Shown: positions 59,223 through 64,000 of the stretch, piece after piece
Layout of the letters: each line of letters starts with the position of its first letter
Numbering within the stretch: position 1 is the stretch's first letter
Source: a virus
Lineage: Duplodnaviria; Caudoviricetes
Strand: one strand, 5' to 3'
Length of the DNA: 64,000 bases
Virus record (IMG/VR): IMGVR_UViG_3300013121_000023
Location: 32,001-96,000 of that record
Notes under the pieces: generated by a model
The model's database searches: none
Told to the model about the DNA's origin: nothing
The model's input: the letters and a program-made list of their open reading frames with translations, nothing else
Translations under genes and position numbers: made by a program

Positions 59223-59873
59223 GTGTTTGACCTACAAATCTGCTACCCACAACAGTTGGTGGACCTTCGCCGTATGCGCGAAGTCCCAGGTCTTCCTGTT
59301 CGCACACTGGAGGTCATAGGCGAGGACTTCAGAGCGGTAGAGGAAGTCATTGTGAATGGCTATCCATCTCCCAGCTATGTGAACGTATCTGACAAGAAGA
59401 TACTTGTGCAGGTACCAGATGAGGCCGCTCTTCAAAGAATCACAAGTGTCGAAGTTCTGTCCAACAACTTCGTACTCAGCCCACGTAGTAAACTCAGGTT
59501 CAAGCTGAACAAGCAGCCTCGCAGATGCAATAGGATGCTTTTGCTTGTACAGATGTTTCTCAAGATTTTGTTGACCACTCCTGGCAGAGACAGGTTTGCC
59601 AAAAAGATTGGTGGTGGTCTCATGAGAAACATAGGCGCCGTGTTCAGTAAGAACAACGGTGGGAGTATTTTGGCGGACGTAATCATAACAGTAGATCAAA
59701 CTACCAAGCAGCTTCTTGCCTTGCAGAGAACTCAAAACCTGGCACCAGAAGAGAAACTTCTGACGGCCAAGGTAGAATCAGCCTACTTCAGCAAGACTGA
59801 TGGTGGCTTGGTTGTGCAGATCAATTTGAAAAACCAGGCGGGTAAGACTGGTTATTTGAACGTGGAGATCTGA
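59223..59873 (+). CDS. Baseplate wedge protein, gp25/GpW-like
   Basis: LVQMFLKILLTTPGRD...GGGL; directly before the J-like gene. Confidence 0.7.
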   Translation: MFDLQICYPQQLVDLRRMREVPGLPVRTLEVIGEDFRAVEEVIVNGYPSPSYVNVSDKKILVQVPDEAALQRITSVEVLSNNFVLSPRSKLRFKLNKQPRRCNRMLLLVQMFLKILLTTPGRDRFAKKIGGGLMRNIGAVFSKNNGGSILADVIITVDQTTKQLLALQRTQNLAPEEKLLTAKVESAYFSKTDGGLVVQINLKNQAGKTGYLNVEI

Positions 59874-59874
59874 T

Positions 59875-62800
59875 ATGGCATCGAAAGACCTAGCTCAATA
59901 CATCAGGGAGCGCATGGCTCTCTTTGACAGCACTATCGATACATCATCTGGTAGTGATTTCGATGCCAAGGTAGTGCAGCCTACAGTGTCTCGTCTCGGG
60001 GCAGATCCATTCGTCATGGATTTGCAGTTGTTTGCCAAGACGAGACTACAACAGGAGCATCCTACGTATTTCGTTGAAGAGGGAAGCGCTCTAATAGACC
60101 TTCTGATAAAGCCGTTCTCTGTATTTCTGGAACCTCTCATAAGAGAGAACAGAAGAATAGCTAATGGTCAGAGTCTTACGGCGCCAGAGCTTCTAACTAC
60201 AGAAGAAGCAGAAGCTTTGGGTTCTCGCACTTATTCTGTTCGCGACACTGGTGACATATCGAAGGGTACAGTTCGTCTGTACTTTACTTCTCCCAGGTCC
60301 GTTTCTGTGAGTGGTTCCAACTACGCATTTACAGCAGATGGTCTCAGGTACTTCCCAACACAGAGCCAATCGATTCGTTCCGAGGAGATGATTACGAATG
60401 TAGAGAATGGTCTCTACTACTTTGATGTTCGTGTACAAGCTGAGCAGGCTGGTAGCGGTTACAACATCAATGCTGGGAAGATAGTTGGTATCACTGGGAT
60501 AGCCGGCGCGGTAAAGACAACAAACAAGGTGAAGTTCAGAGGTGGTCTACCTGCCGAGAATCCATCCGAGTTTATATCTCGTGTACAGCAAGAGGTGACA
60601 GACAGGTCACTTGCTTCAGACCGTGGTGCCAAGTACAGGATTCTAAATAATTTCCCAGAGGTGCAGTCAATTGCATTGATTGGTTATCAAGATCCTGAGA
60701 TGCAGAGAGACATCATCACAGGCGGCGGTCTTGGTAAGTCACTGGCATCAGGAGTACTTGCAGCGTCCACAGATGATGGCGAGGCTGGTCTTTACACGAG
60801 ACGAATACTGCTCGATGCATCCGAGGTGGACCTAGTAGCTCTTGTTGGTTCTACTGGTTCGGCGCCGGATGGATATGTAATTACTCTCTACAATGCTTTC
60901 GAGATTGGCTCATCTGAAAAGGTGAGAGATTTGAAAGTAAGGTCGATCATCAGCAGTCAGCTACTTGAGGTAGAGGAGCAGGTGCTCAGGAGGTATGTAA
61001 CCGACATACCTTGGACTCTGAGAAAGAGAGAGCTTACTCTTTCTTCGTTGCCTGGCGGGATTGTATTTGGTGAAGGTGGTGACTTCATCACCACGTCTCC
61101 ATCTACGGAGATACACATAGGCGGTATGTATGACGCTTATGTGAAGGGTGAGTCTCCAAATGAGTCTTCACTCGCGATAGGCGAGGTGCGGACGAGGACA
61201 CCTCTTTTGTCTGGGATAGCGGCGACTGTACCTGTGGCTGGGTCTGTGTCTCTTGATGACCTGGTTCTCGGTACGAACTACGCGAGTGTGGACAAGGAGT
61301 ATGAGTACATCAGTGACTCGTACTTGAAGAGGTACGTGCTTGAGGTATCTGGTGACCCAGCGGTCGCGGGGACGTACAAGATAGTGTCCGTCACACAGCC
61401 GACGATACCCGGGGACTCCCCAATCTTTACGCTAATACCGACAATTTCAGCTGTTGCAGGCAATTTTGCCTGGAAGCTGATTGACACAATCGATGTAGAC
61501 CTGTTTGAGCCAAAGGTTTTCAGGCTTTCAAACACGGATTTGCAAACGGTTGGTTCTTCTACGATTGTAAAGTCTGGGAGTGGTATAGACTTCGATGCAT
61601 ATGGGGTGTCTGCTGGGGATACACTTCGTATTCTTTCTGGTGGTGAACCAGGTGATTACACAATCACGGCTATAGCTCCATTTTTTAATACGCTTACTTT
61701 GGATAGGTCACTTACGCAAAACAACTCAGGTCTTTCTTACGAGATTTTCAAAAAGAATTCAAATGGCGGAATCAAGCTGCCGCTTGTGAGAATCAAGAGA
61801 GTAGAACTTCTTGACACATCAAGTCAGCCGACTGGTTCTACTATTCCCTATGCAAAGGCTTTGAAGGCTAAATCACTTGGATTTGCGAACGTAGCACAAG
61901 GTACGAAGGTGAGTGTGACGGATGCCTCACTTGGTATTGTAGGCATACCCATCACTGGGCCTGTCGCGGGTCTAAATGGGCTACCTCTCAGAATCAAATT
62001 GGGTGTATCCGGTTCTGATTTCAATTCGACTACATACGGTACTCTTGTTTCTGTTTTCTTTACGGGAGCTTCTCTTACACTTGCGCAAATCGTCGAACAG
62101 ATAAACGATGGTTTGGTAGCTCTGAACTATCCACCGTTGGCCGTTGTTGTGGATGGAGACAGACTGGGTATTTTGCCATATCGAGGTGGGTGCTGTGTCT
62201 TTCTTTCCGGCAATGCTCCATCAGGTGCATACAGTAATTTCCCTGCCGTATTGACCGCACTCTTCGGTAGCGCCACATACAAAGGAACAACAAGAGACAT
62301 CAGGTCTGCCTATGTTTCTGGTTTGACTGGCCGGTGGTCTTCATCGACTATTTCTCCGGTTATTGACCCGACCATAGATGCAGCCGATGTTTTGAATGGG
62401 TATAACCCAAAGGCCGTTCCTGTTTACAAGGTCACGACAAGAGAACTGACCAATGATGTTTTGGAAGTGAAGGTTGGTGGTGACTTCAATCCACAAGTCG
62501 ATGCCTCGGTCAATGTGGGTTCCAGGTCTCTTGGTACAGCCAGGGTTTACTTCCTTGAGCCGACCAGCGCCGAGTTTGACCAGGAGACAAGGCTAACGGC
62601 GAGCCTGGAAGACGGTTCAGAGGTCACTTACCTGCCAGACCCTACGGTTGATGCCATCCGTATCCCAGCACCGCCTTATACGGCAGCTCCAAAGGATGGT
62701 TCGACAACTGCTCTCGGTACCACCCTTACCTCGGCAACAACTGACTTCATATCAAAAGGCATACAGCCCGGAGATAAGCTGCAAATAACCTATGTGCCCA

Positions 62801-63912
62801 TCATAGGAACAGTTGCTTTGACGGAGGAAGTACTCAATCTAGCTCTTACTCAAATCGTTGTTTCTCTGAATGGTGGAACACCTAAAACGATAACTCTCGT
62901 AAATGACAGCACATCGATACTGGCTACATCGGTAACCAGAGCAGGTGTCGCTTCTCAAATAAACTCTTCTCTCGGTGTGACTGTTGCTTACATCAACGCG
63001 CTTACAAACAAGCTGGAGTTCGAAGCCGACATAGCTGTTTCTGTACTGGAAACAGGTTCGGCCAATACTCTTCTTGGGTTCTCTACTCTTTCACCTCAGA
63101 GCAACACGGCTACGAATGCGGGTCTTTACAAAATCTCGGCTGTGAACACAAACACAGTCACCATCCAAGACAGCATTTTTGCCGTAACTGCCCAGAGACA
63201 ACACTTCCTTGTATACCGCGCTGAGACCCAGCGTATTTCGTCCACTGAAATGGCGAATAACAAGGAAAACGGCTTTTACTATTTCGATTTGGAAGTCGTC
63301 AGCGAGGGTGTTGGAAACAGAAACAACATACCTTCCGAGACCTTCATGGATATCGAAAAGTACAGGTCTGATGGGTATTGGCTCGAAACCAATTCCGAGT
63401 CTTTGACCTTTTCAACAGCCGAGAGACCTACCCTTTTTCTATCCAGAACGATGTTGGAAGTTGGGTCTTCGGATGATTACGCAAACGTGAGACAACTTGA
63501 AGGTACATCGATACAGATTGTTTACGAGCACTCTGAACTTGTATCATCTATCCAGTCATTTCTCTTGGCAGATGATGAGAGAGTTCCAAATGCAAATCCA
63601 CTGGCGAGACATTTGATACCTCATTATGTGAGTTTCAATTTGTCTTATACTGGTGGACCACAGGCAAATACTGTTCAATCCAAGTTGATTGATTACGTAT
63701 CTGCCAGCGAACCAAATCAGGCTATCGAAGTGGCGGCTATTGAATCGATGGCGAAACAAGCTGGAGCTACAACGGTCAAGAGCCCAACGACTGTTTACGC
63801 TGTCATTCACGATATCGATAGACGAGTTTATCTGGAGGCATCGCAAGACAGACTTTCGATAGGCCGTCTTGCTTCCTTTTTCGCCGATTCAATAACAGCT
63901 ACGAGAGGGTAA
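59875..63912 (+). CDS. Baseplate J / gp6-like wedge protein with large insertions
   Basis: GSALIDLLIKP, VQAEQAGSGYNI, FRGGLPAEN..EFISR. Confidence 0.75.
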   Translation: MASKDLAQYIRERMALFDSTIDTSSGSDFDAKVVQPTVSRLGADPFVMDLQLFAKTRLQQEHPTYFVEEGSALIDLLIKPFSVFLEPLIRENRRIANGQSLTAPELLTTEEAEALGSRTYSVRDTGDISKGTVRLYFTSPRSVSVSGSNYAFTADGLRYFPTQSQSIRSEEMITNVENGLYYFDVRVQAEQAGSGYNINAGKIVGITGIAGAVKTTNKVKFRGGLPAENPSEFISRVQQEVTDRSLASDRGAKYRILNNFPEVQSIALIGYQDPEMQRDIITGGGLGKSLASGVLAASTDDGEAGLYTRRILLDASEVDLVALVGSTGSAPDGYVITLYNAFEIGSSEKVRDLKVRSIISSQLLEVEEQVLRRYVTDIPWTLRKRELTLSSLPGGIVFGEGGDFITTSPSTEIHIGGMYDAYVKGESPNESSLAIGEVRTRTPLLSGIAATVPVAGSVSLDDLVLGTNYASVDKEYEYISDSYLKRYVLEVSGDPAVAGTYKIVSVTQPTIPGDSPIFTLIPTISAVAGNFAWKLIDTIDVDLFEPKVFRLSNTDLQTVGSSTIVKSGSGIDFDAYGVSAGDTLRILSGGEPGDYTITAIAPFFNTLTLDRSLTQNNSGLSYEIFKKNSNGGIKLPLVRIKRVELLDTSSQPTGSTIPYAKALKAKSLGFANVAQGTKVSVTDASLGIVGIPITGPVAGLNGLPLRIKLGVSGSDFNSTTYGTLVSVFFTGASLTLAQIVEQINDGLVALNYPPLAVVVDGDRLGILPYRGGCCVFLSGNAPSGAYSNFPAVLTALFGSATYKGTTRDIRSAYVSGLTGRWSSSTISPVIDPTIDAADVLNGYNPKAVPVYKVTTRELTNDVLEVKVGGDFNPQVDASVNVGSRSLGTARVYFLEPTSAEFDQETRLTASLEDGSEVTYLPDPTVDAIRIPAPPYTAAPKDGSTTALGTTLTSATTDFISKGIQPGDKLQITYVPIIGTVALTEEVLNLALTQIVVSLNGGTPKTITLVNDSTSILATSVTRAGVASQINSSLGVTVAYINALTNKLEFEADIAVSVLETGSANTLLGFSTLSPQSNTATNAGLYKISAVNTNTVTIQDSIFAVTAQRQHFLVYRAETQRISSTEMANNKENGFYYFDLEVVSEGVGNRNNIPSETFMDIEKYRSDGYWLETNSESLTFSTAERPTLFLSRTMLEVGSSDDYANVRQLEGTSIQIVYEHSELVSSIQSFLLADDERVPNANPLARHLIPHYVSFNLSYTGGPQANTVQSKLIDYVSASEPNQAIEVAAIESMAKQAGATTVKSPTTVYAVIHDIDRRVYLEASQDRLSIGRLASFFADSITATRG

Positions 63913-64000
63913 CTCTTCTTCCCTCTCTTTACCTATTCTCGTGTATCCGAGCATGGGATTTCCCAGCTTGATATCGATACCTGTATGTGGGTCAAAGACA
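63910..64000 (-). CDS. C-terminus of a convergent gene, partial, ending at TTA
   Basis: Frame ...VFDPHTGIDIKLGNPMLGYTRIGKEREEE ends at TTA, the complement of the baseplate gene's TAA. Confidence 0.45.

Noticed and set aside
369-63846. Many opposite-strand or nested ORFs in the track (e.g. 1874..2428, 5433..6029, 30940..31521, 46689..47267, 59232..59735)
   Set aside because: Shadows of real genes with no RBS or motifs. Absence of sense TTA removes in-register antisense TAA stops, which lengthens such shadows
1-64000. TAG or TGA stop-to-sense recoding (codes 15, 4, 25)
   Set aside because: Genes are long and intact under code 11, and TAG, TGA and TAA all mark sensible gene ends (e.g. ATGA overlaps)
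1-64000. Release factor, tRNA, integrase, transposase, reverse transcriptase, Cas gene or intron
   Set aside because: No recognisable motifs (GGQ release-factor context, cloverleaf, DDE, YxDD) found; a divergent factor among the hypothetical ORFs cannot be excluded

Overview
This is a 64-kb segment of a large, jumbo-type myophage genome. Virion genes: tape-measure-like, baseplate hub-like, gp25-like and baseplate-J-like proteins, Ig-domain proteins, and a probable tail-chaperone pair with a -1 frameshift. Other recognisable genes: GroES, dNMP kinase, DnaQ-type exonuclease, endolysin, a FliA/SigB-type sigma factor and an HGT-motif ADP-ribosyltransferase-like protein. An AT-rich minus-strand accessory island (15.2-28.8 kb) holds about 16 paralogous 'NPxLP' genes and two ORF-free, highly structured RNA candidates. 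The main result is that TTA (UUA) behaves as a stop codon. By manual scan it is absent in-frame from the five largest ORFs (5,312 codons) and from the body of every other gene I checked. It does occur as the first in-frame TTA exactly where about 23 genes should end: 8 TTATG stop-start overlaps, 5 cases 5-9 nt before a terminator hairpin, and others just before the next RBS or promoter or at convergent gene junctions. Feature coordinates use TTA as stop where noted. No release factor or tRNA is visible here, so the mechanism is unresolved. All family assignments are from motif recognition, not database searches.
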